From Candidatus Omnitrophota bacterium (GTDB taxonomy: Bacteria; Omnitrophota; Gorgyraeia; Tantalellales; Tantalellaceae), in assembly GCA_015231405.1 (NCBI GenBank), contig JADGBR010000001.1:219964-283963 (forward strand): 64,000 bases of DNA, read 5' to 3'. The notes under the pieces are model-generated. The model was not told the origin of the DNA and did no database searches. It worked only from the letters and a program-made list of their open reading frames with translations. Shown here in pieces: positions 39,178 to 48,898 of the stretch. Made by a program: the position numbers and the translations under genes. How positions within the stretch are numbered: position 1 is the stretch's first letter; each line of letters starts with the position of its first letter.

Positions 39178-40002
39178 ATGGAAAACAAAACAGTTAAAGT
39201 TCAGGATATTTCGATAGGAAAGGGGCATGGGATAGCGCTTATTGCCGGTCCCTGCGTGATAGAATCCTATGAATCGGCGGTTCTTGCGGCGCGAGAGATA
39301 AAAAAGATAGCCCGGGCGGCTTCCGTCCCTTTTATTTTCAAGGCCAGCTTTGATAAGGCGAACAGGAGTTCTATAGATTCATATCGCGGTCCCGGGATAG
39401 ATAAAGGCCTTGAGATCCTTAAAGCCGTTCGCGACGAGGTCAAAGTCCCGGTTCTAAGCGATGTGCATGATATCATACAGGTGAAAAAGGCTGCCAAGGT
39501 GCTTGATGTGTTACAGATACCCGCTTTTCTCAGCAGGCAAACAGATCTTCTGGTCGAAGCTGCCCGGACGGGGAAGCCTGTCAACGTAAAAAAGGGACAG
39601 TTCATGTCGCCTGAAGAGATGAGGAACGTGGTCTCTAAGATGGAATCTCAGGGTGCCAGCGATATAATGCTTACCGAAAGGGGGACGTTTTTCGGCTATA
39701 ACATGCTGGTAAATGATTTTCGTTCCATTATCGTAATGGGCCAGACAGGATATCCCGTTGTATTTGACGCCACCCATTCGGTCCAAAGGCCCGCGGGGAA
39801 AGGGACTATGAGCGGGGGTGATCCGGTATTTATCCTTCCCCTGGCTAAAGCGGCAGTAGCCCTAGGGGCGGATGTTCTATTCCTTGAGGTACACATGGAA
39901 CCGGAAAAGGCGTTAAGCGACGCTTCCAGCATGCTGAGGATGGACCTTCTCGGCGACCTTCTGGCCGAGATAAAAAAAATCGAGAAAGCGGTGAGAATAT
40001 GA
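39178..40002 (+). CDS. kdsA: Kdo-8-phosphate synthase
   Basis: AGPCVIE, KASFDKANRSS, QIPAFLSRQTD, KKGQF, DATHSVQ. Confidence 0.97.
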   Translation: MENKTVKVQDISIGKGHGIALIAGPCVIESYESAVLAAREIKKIARAASVPFIFKASFDKANRSSIDSYRGPGIDKGLEILKAVRDEVKVPVLSDVHDIIQVKKAAKVLDVLQIPAFLSRQTDLLVEAARTGKPVNVKKGQFMSPEEMRNVVSKMESQGASDIMLTERGTFFGYNMLVNDFRSIIVMGQTGYPVVFDATHSVQRPAGKGTMSGGDPVFILPLAKAAVALGADVLFLEVHMEPEKALSDASSMLRMDLLGDLLAEIKKIEKAVRI

Positions 40003-40958
40003 GCGTTCAAATAGCCAAAAACGTATTGCTTATCGAAAGCGCGGCCATAAAGCAACTGGCTTCGCGTATTACCGGGGATTTTGAAAACATAATTTCACTC
40101 CTTGCCCGTACCAGAGGCCGGATCATAGTTACCGGCATGGGGAAGCCGGGTTTCATCGCTCAGAAAGTTTCGGCGACATTGTCATCTACGGGTTCGCCGT
40201 CGCTTTATCTCCACCCGGCTGAGGCGCTGCACGGCGACCTTGGGAGGGTCACGCGCGAAGACGTGATATTGGCTTTTTCAAACAGCGGCGAGACCGAAGA
40301 GATCATAAGGCTTCTGCCAATAATTAAAAAGATCGGTTCGAAAATAATCGGTGTAACGGGGAAAAAAAAGTCGACACTGGCGCTCAACAGCGATCATGTT
40401 ATCGACAGCTCAGTAAAAAGAGAGGCGTGTCCGATGGGTCTGGCGCCGACCACTTCTACCACGGCTATGCTTGCGCTGGGGGACGCTCTGGCGGTCGCCC
40501 TTATGCAAAAGAAAGGTTTCAAGGCCAATGATTTCGCTTTTTATCATCCCGGAGGGGCACTGGGTAAAAGGCTGCTCATAACCGTCGGGGACATTATGAG
40601 GCCGAAGACAAAGGTGCCTCTTGTAAAGCCCGATACGCTTGTCAAGGAAGTCCTTATCCGGATAACAAAAATGAGGGCCGGGTCCGCAAGCGTAATAGAC
40701 CGGAACGGGAAACTGCTTGGTATTTTCACCGACGGGGACCTTCGAAGGCATTTCGATAAAGGAGAATATCTTTTGAACTCGAAAGTGGGAGACGTGATGA
40801 CCAGGAACCCGTACGCAATAACCTCCGAACGGCTTGCGGCCGAAGCTTTTAAGATCCTCAGCGATAAAAAGATCGACGAGATCCCCGTCGTTGACAAAAA
40901 AGGAAAAATGATCGGGCTTCTGGATGTTCAGGACATACTTAAAGAGGGTCTTGTTTAG
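39999..40958 (+). CDS. kdsD: Arabinose-5-phosphate isomerase (SIS+CBS)
   Basis: TGMGKPG, EALHGDLG, SNSGET, APTTST, HPGGALG, FTDGDLRR. Confidence 0.95.
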   Translation: MSVQIAKNVLLIESAAIKQLASRITGDFENIISLLARTRGRIIVTGMGKPGFIAQKVSATLSSTGSPSLYLHPAEALHGDLGRVTREDVILAFSNSGETEEIIRLLPIIKKIGSKIIGVTGKKKSTLALNSDHVIDSSVKREACPMGLAPTTSTTAMLALGDALAVALMQKKGFKANDFAFYHPGGALGKRLLITVGDIMRPKTKVPLVKPDTLVKEVLIRITKMRAGSASVIDRNGKLLGIFTDGDLRRHFDKGEYLLNSKVGDVMTRNPYAITSERLAAEAFKILSDKKIDEIPVVDKKGKMIGLLDVQDILKEGLV

Positions 40959-41014
40959 CCCGCCATCGCCGTGGCTGTCCCATCCGGGTAATACTTGATA
41001 ACAAGGAGAGTCAA

Positions 41015-41560
41015 ATGCCGGCGGTTTACAGTAAAAAGATCATAAAAAAAGCGCGGCTAATAAAAGTGCTTGCTCTTGACGTTGACGGTGTCATGACGGA
41101 CGCCGGGATGATCTACGACGAGGGAGGCGAAAAGGTGAAGAGGTTCAATGTCAATGACGGGCTTGGGATATTCCTCCTGAAAGAAGCAGGACTAAAGGTG
41201 GTCATTGTCACGGCAAAACTTTCCGGTATCGTCAGGCGAAGGGCTCAAGATCTCAAAGTTGACGCTGTATATGAGAATTTTCACGATAAGATCGCGGCTT
41301 TCTCGGACATAAAAAAAAAATTCAAAGTTCGCGACGAAGAGATATGTTTTATAGGGGACGACGTTATCGACATACCTGTTCTTATGAGGGCGGGGCTCTC
41401 GGTCTCGCCCGGGAACGCGCTTGATTACGTGAAAGATGAGGCGCATCTGGTAACGGAAAAAACGGGAGGTAACGGAGCGGTGAGGGAAGTTTGCGACCTG
41501 ATACTCAGGGCCAATGGATCGTGGAAAAAGGTCACCGCGCGTTATTACTCAAAGAAATGA
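41015..41560 (+). CDS. kdsC: Kdo-8-phosphate phosphatase
   Basis: DVDGVMTD HAD motif, DGLGI, IGDDVID, GG.GAVRE. Confidence 0.94.
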   Translation: MPAVYSKKIIKKARLIKVLALDVDGVMTDAGMIYDEGGEKVKRFNVNDGLGIFLLKEAGLKVVIVTAKLSGIVRRRAQDLKVDAVYENFHDKIAAFSDIKKKFKVRDEEICFIGDDVIDIPVLMRAGLSVSPGNALDYVKDEAHLVTEKTGGNGAVREVCDLILRANGSWKKVTARYYSKK

Positions 41561-41575
41561 TACAGGGAGCGATTT

Positions 41576-41938
41576 ATGTACACGGTCAGAGTTACAGGGA
41601 CGTTCTCCAGCGCGCACAACCTCCTGGAATACGAAGGAAAATGCGAGGCGCTTCACGGACATAACTGGAAAGTGGAGCTAGAGGCCGGTAAGAAAAAATT
41701 GGATAGAGCCGGGATGGTGATGGATTTCCATGATCTGAAATCCGAGCTTGGAAAGGTCCTTGACGAGCTTGATCATAAATACCTGAACGAGCTCGAGTAT
41801 TTTAAGAGCGTTAACCCGACTTCCGAGAATATAGCGAAATATATCCATGACAGGGTAATAAAGTCTTTCCCGGATATGGAGATCGTGAAAGCCACCGTTT
41901 GGGAGACCGAAAGCTCCTCTGCGACCTACTATAAATAG
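41576..41938 (+). CDS. queD: 6-carboxytetrahydropterin synthase
   Basis: FSSAH, CEALHGHNW, LDHKYLN, PTSENIA, VWET. Confidence 0.95.
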   Translation: MYTVRVTGTFSSAHNLLEYEGKCEALHGHNWKVELEAGKKKLDRAGMVMDFHDLKSELGKVLDELDHKYLNELEYFKSVNPTSENIAKYIHDRVIKSFPDMEIVKATVWETESSSATYYK

Positions 41939-41949
41939 GAGTTTGAAAA

Positions 41950-42627
41950 ATGGGGAAGAATAAGCCTAAAGCCGTAGTGCTCCTTTCGGGAGGGATGGAT
42001 TCCGCCGTAACGCTTTACATCGCGAAGAAGAGATACGATTGCCATGCCCTCATATTCGATTACGGGCAGAGGTCCCGGAAAGAGGTCGGCTCGGCGAAAG
42101 CCGTGTCGAGGATGTCAGGTTCCGGACATATTGTCCTCAGGATATCATTGCCATGGAAAGGAAGTTCGCTCCTGGATAGGAACGTCGCGATACCGCGCGA
42201 GGCGGACATGGCCAAGGGAATGATACCGTCGACATATGTTCCGGCAAGAAATCTGATATTCCTCAGCTACGGAGTTTCGTACGCGGAAGCCCTGGGGGCC
42301 CGGGCCGTTTTTATCGGCGCCCACCAGCTGGATTATTCCAATTATCCTGATTGCCGGGGTGAGTTCTTTGACAGTTTCAGGGAAACGGTTGAAAGGGGGA
42401 CAAAGCGCGGTGTTTCTGGGAAAAGTATACGTATAATCACGCCCATAATTAACTATACTAAGAAGGACATTATCCTTTCCGGTATATCTATGGGCGTCTC
42501 TTTCGCCCTTACGTGGTCCTGCTATGTGGGAGGGGCTAGGCCGTGCGGGGAATGTGAATCATGCAGGCTCAGGGCGAAAGGATTTAAAGAAGCGGGGGTT
42601 ATTGACCCGTTATTGCGCGATCGTTAG
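41950..42627 (+). CDS. queC: 7-cyano-7-deazaguanine synthase
   Basis: LLSGGMDS, DYGQR, TYVPARN, YPDCR, TWSCY...CGECESC..R. Confidence 0.97.
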   Translation: MGKNKPKAVVLLSGGMDSAVTLYIAKKRYDCHALIFDYGQRSRKEVGSAKAVSRMSGSGHIVLRISLPWKGSSLLDRNVAIPREADMAKGMIPSTYVPARNLIFLSYGVSYAEALGARAVFIGAHQLDYSNYPDCRGEFFDSFRETVERGTKRGVSGKSIRIITPIINYTKKDIILSGISMGVSFALTWSCYVGGARPCGECESCRLRAKGFKEAGVIDPLLRDR

Positions 42628-42635
42628 CTGGGGTT

Positions 42636-42749
42636 TAGTTGTTAGTATATGGTCGAATGTTTCTAGGTGATAGTTGATGGTTTCCAGGTGATTTAGTGCC
42701 GGTTGATGAATATGTTCGCTAAGAACTAACACCTGAAACCTAGTATCTA
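42636..42749. repeat. Highly degenerate heptamer inverted-repeat element (TAGnTnn / nnAnCTA)
   Basis: TAGTTGT TAGTATA TGGTCGA ATGTTTC TAGGTGA TAGTTGA TGGTTTC CAGGTGA ... TTCGCTA AGAACTA ACACCTG AAACCTA GTATCTA. Confidence 0.65.
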
Positions 42750-42764
42750 TAAGTGGAGAGGTAC

Positions 42765-43457
42765 ATGGAAAAAGCTAAAATATCGGAAGTATTCATTTCT
42801 TATCAGGGGGAGGGTCTCTACGCGGGGTCCAGGCAGCTTTTCATAAGGTTTTACGGCTGCAACAGGAAATGCTCTTACTGTGACACGGCGCTGGACAGTT
42901 ATAAAAGCTTTTCGAAAGACAGCCTGATAAGCAAGATACTGGGGTTCGAGGAGGATTTTAACGAGCTGGTCCTTACCGGGGGGGAACCTCTCCTTTATGC
43001 TGATTTCCTGGCGATCTTTCTCAAACAGTACAAATATTACAAAAAGAAGCACGTATATCTCGAAACGAACGGCACGCTTCCCGACGAGCTGGCTAAGGTC
43101 ATAGGGCTTATTGATATAATTGCCATGGACCTGAAATTGCCGTCATCTACAGGGGAAAAAGATGACATGTGGGACGAGCACAAAAGGTTTCTCACGATCG
43201 CTTGTGAGAAAGAGCTCATCCTTAAGGCCGTCGTCACCGGAAATACAACTATGGACGACATTAAAGAGCTGGCCGATACCATCTCCGGGGTAAAAGGCTC
43301 TCCTGAACTTATAATTCAGCCTGTAACCCGGGAGAATAATTCTATCGAAGAGCCCGATCCGGAAATGTTGTCATATTTCAGCCAGTATCTTAAAAAAAAG
43401 ACCGCGGCCAACGTCACAGTTCTTGGACAGATGCATAAATGTCTGGGGATCAAATAG
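42765..43457 (+). CDS. queE: 7-carboxy-7-deazaguanine synthase (radical SAM)
   Basis: EVF.SYQGEG, GCNRKCSYCDT, TGGEP, LETNG, QMHK. Confidence 0.92.
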   Translation: MEKAKISEVFISYQGEGLYAGSRQLFIRFYGCNRKCSYCDTALDSYKSFSKDSLISKILGFEEDFNELVLTGGEPLLYADFLAIFLKQYKYYKKKHVYLETNGTLPDELAKVIGLIDIIAMDLKLPSSTGEKDDMWDEHKRFLTIACEKELILKAVVTGNTTMDDIKELADTISGVKGSPELIIQPVTRENNSIEEPDPEMLSYFSQYLKKKTAANVTVLGQMHKCLGIK

Positions 43458-43527
43458 GTTTTGCCTTTTAACGTTAATGACGGATGGTTGAAGTTCGAGT
43501 TTGGAAGGCCGGAATTGGAGGGGAAAA

Positions 43528-43953
43528 ATGGTTGCTATGAAAAAAAATGGCTATAAGGGGCTCCAGGAGAACGTAAGGAAAATGGCTCTCCCGGATATCG
43601 AGGTATGGGAGAACATGTACCCTGACAAGAATTACGTCGTTACCGTCGAGACGCCCGAATTCACTTGTATTTGCCCCAAAACTGGGCTTCCGGATTTTGC
43701 CAGGCTGATGTTTGAATATGTTCCCGGCAAGGATTGCGTGGAGCTTAAATCGTTCAAGGAATATCTCATGGCGTACAGGGATCTGGGTATATTCCATGAG
43801 CATGCCGTCAATAGGATGCTGGACGATCTGGTAAGCGCCGCTAAACCCCGTTGGATGAAGGTAAAAGGGGTTTTTAACGCCAGGGGCGGGATCCAGACGA
43901 CGGTGGAATCGGAATACGGGAAAAGACCCGCTCGAGATGAAGATAAAGACTAG
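43528..43953 (+). CDS. queF: NADPH-dependent preQ0 reductase (type I)
   Basis: PEFTCICPKTGLPDF, VELKSFKEY QueF motif, FHE, RGGI; GGAGG RBS. Confidence 0.95.
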   Translation: MVAMKKNGYKGLQENVRKMALPDIEVWENMYPDKNYVVTVETPEFTCICPKTGLPDFARLMFEYVPGKDCVELKSFKEYLMAYRDLGIFHEHAVNRMLDDLVSAAKPRWMKVKGVFNARGGIQTTVESEYGKRPARDEDKD

Positions 43954-44833
43954 AAGATATTATATCTACTATCTCCTTAAGACGCTGATGTTCATCCTGG
44001 CTCTCATGCCGAGAAAAGTTTCTCTTTTCATGGCTGAGGCGCTTGGTAGAGCCGCGTACCGGTTCCTTGGGAAATACCGCGATATCACCATAAAGAACCT
44101 TGACGTATCTTTTCCCGAGAGCGCCGGGAAGAACGAGGAACTGGCCAAAAAAGTATTTGTCAATATGGCCAAGAACGGCGCGGACTGGATCAAACTACTG
44201 TTTTCGCGCAGGGGATATCTCGACGACCTGATAACCGGCACCGAAGGGATGGAACACCTGGATTCGGCTCTTATGAGGGGCCGCGGCGTTGTTGTCCTGA
44301 CGGCCCATATGGGTAACTGGGAACTTCTCGCTTCTTTTTTGCGCAGGAACGGATATGACGGGGCGGTAATAGTCAAAAAATTATATTTCAGCAAATTCAA
44401 TAAGATAATAATGAGGCTGAGAGCGCTTTATAATGCCCAGGTGATATACCGGGACGAGTCTCCTAAAAAAATGATCAAGATCCTGAAAGAAGGGAAGATA
44501 CTGGGTTTACTGGCCGACCAGGACATAGACAGCCTTACCGGCGTATTCGTCAATTTCTTCGGAAGGCCGGCTTATACTCCTATCGCACCCGTAAAGCTGG
44601 GAATGGTCAACAGCTCTAGCATAGTGCCTGTTTTCGTAATACGCAAACCCGACGACACATATCTGGTATCAGCTGACAGTCCGATCGAGCTTCCCGAAGA
44701 AGAGGATAAAGAACTTGTGACCAAAAAATATACCCAGGCCTGGACTGATGTTCTGGAAAAGTATGTCCGGAGATATCCGGATCAGTGGGTATGGGTCCAT
44801 GATAGGTGGAAGACAGTGCCCGATGGAGCGTGA
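43937..44833 (+). CDS. lpxL: Lipid A late acyltransferase (LpxL/HtrB family)
   Basis: AHMGNWE, LADQD, FFGRPA, PDQWVWVHDRWK. Confidence 0.85.
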   Translation: MKIKTRRYYIYYLLKTLMFILALMPRKVSLFMAEALGRAAYRFLGKYRDITIKNLDVSFPESAGKNEELAKKVFVNMAKNGADWIKLLFSRRGYLDDLITGTEGMEHLDSALMRGRGVVVLTAHMGNWELLASFLRRNGYDGAVIVKKLYFSKFNKIIMRLRALYNAQVIYRDESPKKMIKILKEGKILGLLADQDIDSLTGVFVNFFGRPAYTPIAPVKLGMVNSSSIVPVFVIRKPDDTYLVSADSPIELPEEEDKELVTKKYTQAWTDVLEKYVRRYPDQWVWVHDRWKTVPDGA

Positions 44834-44835
44834 AA

Positions 44836-45723
44836 ATGATAAAATTCCTTAGATTTCTTTTCTTGGTGGCGTTATTGTGCGGCGCGGCCTACAACTATCT
44901 TTTATACAATGATTTTAAGCTGCCGGGAGGCGACACCTCTACGGGAAACTCCGGGAAGGGTCAGAATGAGGCCCTGAAACAGAAAGTCCTCACCTTTTCT
45001 ATCGACGGGAAGACAAATAAGGGGCTTAAACAGTGGCATCTCGAGGGAAGGGCTGCTGAGATAATCCAGGACGATATTCACTTGGAGGAGCTCTCAGCCG
45101 AGATATTCGGCGAAGAATTTAAGGCGCATATTTCGTCGGATAGCGGCATATACCGCAGGAATAAAGAGGAGGTTGAACTTATCGGCAATGTACAGGTCAA
45201 ATCCGAGGACGGCGGGTCTCTATCCACAAGCCGCGCTAAATGGTCGCATGCTACGAAAGAGATCACTACCGATGAGGACGTTCTCATAGTGCGTTCGGGT
45301 ATGACAGCCGCGGGTAAGGGAGCCCGTGCTAATTCGGAAACGAAGGAAGCAGTTCTTTTTAAGGATATAACGGTTAAAATGGAGCCCGGGACGGTCATTA
45401 AGTGCGACGGGCCGCTGGAAGTCAGCTTTGAGAACTATAAAGCGGTTTTTCATGATAACGTCCATGTAGTCGATAAAGACGGAGACCTGTTCTCGGATCT
45501 CCTGACGGTGAATATCGATACCGTGACCAAAAAGGTGTCAGATGTCGTGGCCGAAGGCAACGTTAAACTCAAAAGAGGAAAAAGTTACACACTTTGCGGT
45601 AAAGCGACATACAACGAAAATACCGGAACAATTCAATTTCTGGACAAACCTAGGATAGTCATCGACCCGGAAGAGATACAGGAGACGAAGATATTTTCGG
45701 GATTTTATTCGACAAAAAAATAG
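44836..45723 (+). CDS. lptC: LptC-like protein with fused second LptA/OstA-like jellyroll domain
   Basis: N-terminal TM helix, W.L.G..A, V.L.GNV; second domain AVFHDNV.V...VVAEGNVKL; directly upstream of lptB. Confidence 0.78.
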   Translation: MIKFLRFLFLVALLCGAAYNYLLYNDFKLPGGDTSTGNSGKGQNEALKQKVLTFSIDGKTNKGLKQWHLEGRAAEIIQDDIHLEELSAEIFGEEFKAHISSDSGIYRRNKEEVELIGNVQVKSEDGGSLSTSRAKWSHATKEITTDEDVLIVRSGMTAAGKGARANSETKEAVLFKDITVKMEPGTVIKCDGPLEVSFENYKAVFHDNVHVVDKDGDLFSDLLTVNIDTVTKKVSDVVAEGNVKLKRGKSYTLCGKATYNENTGTIQFLDKPRIVIDPEEIQETKIFSGFYSTKK

Positions 45724-45755
45724 ACAACACCATTTATGATAAATCCGGAGGGAAA

Positions 45756-46478
45756 ATGCATTTATTAGAGACGAGGGACCTCGTTAAGGAATACGGAGGA
45801 AGAAGGGTAGTTAATAAGGTAAGCATAAACGTAAAAAGGGGAGAGGTGGTAGGGCTCCTCGGCCCGAACGGCGCAGGAAAGACCACAACGTTCTACATGA
45901 TAACAGGCATCATAAGACCTGATAAGGGGAAGATCATTTTTGATCAGAAGGACATCACGAGACTGCCCATTCATAAAAGGGCCCTTTCAGGTATAGGCTA
46001 TCTTTCACAGGAACCCTCGATATTCAGGAAACTAACCGTCGAGGAAAACATTCAAGCCGTAATGGAAACGCTTGGTTTCACAAGAAGGCAGCGTAGGAGA
46101 CAGCTCGATTACCTCCTCGACCAGCTGAAAATAGCTCACCTTAGGAAAAATCCGGCTTATACCTTGTCCGGAGGGGAAAGGCGACGGCTCGAGATCACGA
46201 GGACACTTGTTACTAATCCTATGTTCATCCTGCTCGACGAGCCGTTCAGCGGCATAGACCCTATCGCCGTTTTTGATTGTCAGGAGGTCATTAAAGAGTT
46301 GAAGGACATGGGGTTGGGTATTCTCCTTACCGATCACAATGTCAGGGAAACTTTGACCATAACCGACCGCTCATATATACTTTACCAGGGTAAGGTCCTT
46401 ATCTCCGGTGAAAAAGAAACGCTCATAAACGACCCCAAAGCTCGGGAGATATATTTGGGCGAAAGGTTTACACTGTAA
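45756..46478 (+). CDS. lptB: LPS export ABC transporter ATPase
   Basis: GPNGAGKTT, QEPSIFR.LTV, LSGGERRR, LDEPFSGIDP, TDHNVRETL, YLGE.F. Confidence 0.97.
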   Translation: MHLLETRDLVKEYGGRRVVNKVSINVKRGEVVGLLGPNGAGKTTTFYMITGIIRPDKGKIIFDQKDITRLPIHKRALSGIGYLSQEPSIFRKLTVEENIQAVMETLGFTRRQRRRQLDYLLDQLKIAHLRKNPAYTLSGGERRRLEITRTLVTNPMFILLDEPFSGIDPIAVFDCQEVIKELKDMGLGILLTDHNVRETLTITDRSYILYQGKVLISGEKETLINDPKAREIYLGERFTL

Positions 46479-46539
46479 ATAGTCAGACTGTATTTCGCTT
46501 GTTTTCTGACAAAGACACATACTGAGTTCGTTTTTTCCG

Positions 46540-46568
46540 TTGAAAAAGCTCCTTTATGGTGTTATATT
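46540..46568 (+). promoter_or_regulatory. Putative sigma70 promoter of hpf-tig-clpP
   Basis: TTGAAA-17 nt-TATATT with TG extension. Confidence 0.5.
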
Positions 46569-46630
46569 TGTTTTTCGCTAAATATATAATAAATTTATAT
46601 TCTGAAACGTTTTAAAATGAGGAGTTGTTG

Positions 46631-47005
46631 ATGGATGTAAATATCACTGGAAGGAACGTTGATCTGAGTAATGATGAAAAACGGTATATGTACAAAAGGC
46701 TTGAAAAGTTCGACAGGATATACTCGCGTATTTCCTGGGCTGAAGTAATAGTTTATGAGGAAAAGGGCATGACCACCGTTGAGGTCATCATACAGCTGAA
46801 AAGGAACAGGATAATCGCCAAGGAGACATCGCCTGACCTTTACGCTACGGTCGACGCCGCGGCTGACAATATCAAGAACCAGTTGAAACGCCTTAACGGG
46901 AGAGTCCGGTCCAGAAGAAGACTTTCCGTCATGAAAAGGCTGATGTGGCCTTTTTACAGGGACGATAAGGAACCACGCCAGGGAAACGGATATGATGAAA
47001 ACTAA
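46631..47005 (+). CDS. hpf: Ribosome hibernation factor (HPF/RaiA family, short form)
   Basis: ITGRNVDL, Y..KRLEK, DLYATVD.A..NI..QLKR; GAGGAG RBS. Confidence 0.85.
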   Translation: MDVNITGRNVDLSNDEKRYMYKRLEKFDRIYSRISWAEVIVYEEKGMTTVEVIIQLKRNRIIAKETSPDLYATVDAAADNIKNQLKRLNGRVRSRRRLSVMKRLMWPFYRDDKEPRQGNGYDEN

Positions 47006-48266
47006 GATAAAAAAACTGGAAGGAACGGCAAGGGAATTAGAGATCAGGCTTTCGCCTGAAAAGGTCAAAGAGGCTTATTCTGAGATCATGGTAGAGATAA
47101 AGAGGGACTCCGCTCTGCCGGGTTTCAGGAAAGGTAAAGCGCCCGATGATATAATCGAGAAGAAATTCAAGGAAGACGCTCTAGCGGAGCTTAAGAAGAG
47201 GCTGGTGCCTGAGGCTTATCAGGAGGCACTTCTCGAACACAAGATGTCGCCCGTGAGTTTTCCCGAAATATGGGATGTGGAGATAGACAAAGAGGGTAAC
47301 CTTAACTTCAAGGTCAAAGTGGATCTTCATCCTGAGGTCAAAATTGACAAAATGAAGGGTATCAAAGTGACTTCCGAAAGATCGGAGGTTACCGATACGG
47401 AGGTTAGCGAAGCTTTAGAAGGGGTACGGGGCATGTACGCGGAATATGTCGACGTGAAAAGGGCCGTCGTAAAAGGGGATTTTGCCGTATGCGCTATGGA
47501 GGCTTTCGTGGAAGGTAAAGCGATAACTAAAAAAAGGGAGGAGACCTGGATACAGGCCGATAAGGCCGAGTCCATGCTCTCCTTGGGCGAAGAGCTTGTG
47601 GGCTTGAGCGAAGGCGATAAGAAGACCATCGAAGTGGTCTTACCTGAGAATTATCCCGACAAGAGCTATTCCGGCAAAAAGGCTGTATTCGAGGTTGAGG
47701 TAAAGAAAATTAAAGAGAAGAAACTGCCTGAGCTGAACGACGAGCTTGCGGCTAAAATGGGCAAGGAGAAGATAGACGATCTGAGGCATGAAGTGCGGAT
47801 GCAGCTTATTCAGCGTAAGGAGGATAACAACAGAACGAAGATGAAGAACCAGATCATCGCGCACCTTCTGAAAAAAACAGATTTCGAGCTTCCCGGGACC
47901 ATGGTAAATCGTCAGATCGAATTCCTTTTAAAAAAAGCCACTGACGATCTTAAACAAAAAGGCGTTGGGCAGAAGGAAATAGACGCTAACAAGGACGCTC
48001 TTCTTGAAAAATTGAAGCCGGAGGCAAGGAACAAGATCAAATTATATTTTATTCTTGACGGGATAGCTGCTGCCGAGAATATCGAAGTTTCCGATAATGA
48101 GGTAGAGGAGTCGTTAAAGCAGCTTGCGGCTTATTATAACCAGTCCTATGAAAGCGTCAGGAGGTATTACGAGGATAACGATCTCATAGGCGGAATGAAG
48201 GAACAGATACGTGAGGATAAGACGCTGGACCTTTTGCTTGACGGAGCGACGATCGTCACCAAATAG
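46992..48266 (+). CDS. tig: Trigger factor
   Basis: PGFRKGKAP ribosome-binding motif, FKBP-like middle, LPELNDE. Confidence 0.95.
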   Translation: MMKTKIKKLEGTARELEIRLSPEKVKEAYSEIMVEIKRDSALPGFRKGKAPDDIIEKKFKEDALAELKKRLVPEAYQEALLEHKMSPVSFPEIWDVEIDKEGNLNFKVKVDLHPEVKIDKMKGIKVTSERSEVTDTEVSEALEGVRGMYAEYVDVKRAVVKGDFAVCAMEAFVEGKAITKKREETWIQADKAESMLSLGEELVGLSEGDKKTIEVVLPENYPDKSYSGKKAVFEVEVKKIKEKKLPELNDELAAKMGKEKIDDLRHEVRMQLIQRKEDNNRTKMKNQIIAHLLKKTDFELPGTMVNRQIEFLLKKATDDLKQKGVGQKEIDANKDALLEKLKPEARNKIKLYFILDGIAAAENIEVSDNEVEESLKQLAAYYNQSYESVRRYYEDNDLIGGMKEQIREDKTLDLLLDGATIVTK

Positions 48267-48297
48267 CTCGATAAAAACCGCTAAAATGGAGGATGCA

Positions 48298-48882
48298 ATG
48301 AGTACGGTCATACCAATGGTCATAGAGAAAGAGGGACGGCAGGAAAGGGCCTACGATATTTATTCGCGCCTTTTAAAGGACAGGATAGTATTGATCGGTT
48401 CGGCCATTGACGATAACGTGGCCAATATAGTTATTGCCGAGCTTCTTTTCCTCCAGAACGAGGATCCCGAGAAGGATATTCATATTTATATTAATTCGCC
48501 CGGCGGACATGTAACGAGCGGTATGGCGATATACGACACTATGCAGTTCGTAAAGCCGGATGTGAACACATATTGCGTTGGGCAGGCAGCGAGCATGGGA
48601 GCTGTTCTACTCGCGGCCGGGACAAAAGGGAAAAGGCACGCCCTTCCTCACGCGAGGATAATGCTCCATCAGCCTTGGGGAGGGATGGAGGGGACCGCCA
48701 TGGATATTAACATTCATGCCAGGGAAATATTCAGGATCAAGGAAAGCCTTGAAAATATCCTGGCACACCATACCGGAAAAACCCTTCCCCAGATCCAGAA
48801 GGATACCGAGCGGGATTTCTTCATGACATCCCAGGAAGCCAAAGATTACGGGGTTGTGGATAACGTCATCACTAAAATATAA
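48298..48882 (+). CDS. clpP: ATP-dependent Clp protease proteolytic subunit
   Basis: [25 protein letters not shown] (Ser), HQP (His), ERD (Asp); GGAGG RBS before ATG 48298. Confidence 0.97.
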   Translation: MSTVIPMVIEKEGRQERAYDIYSRLLKDRIVLIGSAIDDNVANIVIAELLFLQNEDPEKDIHIYINSPGGHVTSGMAIYDTMQFVKPDVNTYCVGQAASMGAVLLAAGTKGKRHALPHARIMLHQPWGGMEGTAMDINIHAREIFRIKESLENILAHHTGKTLPQIQKDTERDFFMTSQEAKDYGVVDNVITKI

Positions 48883-48898
48883 CTGAAACGGAGGGGTC

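Noticed and set aside
41576-43953. que genes as a dpd DNA-modification/defence island
   Set aside because: No dpdA/tgtA5 or dpdB-K, and queF points to the tRNA queuosine route.
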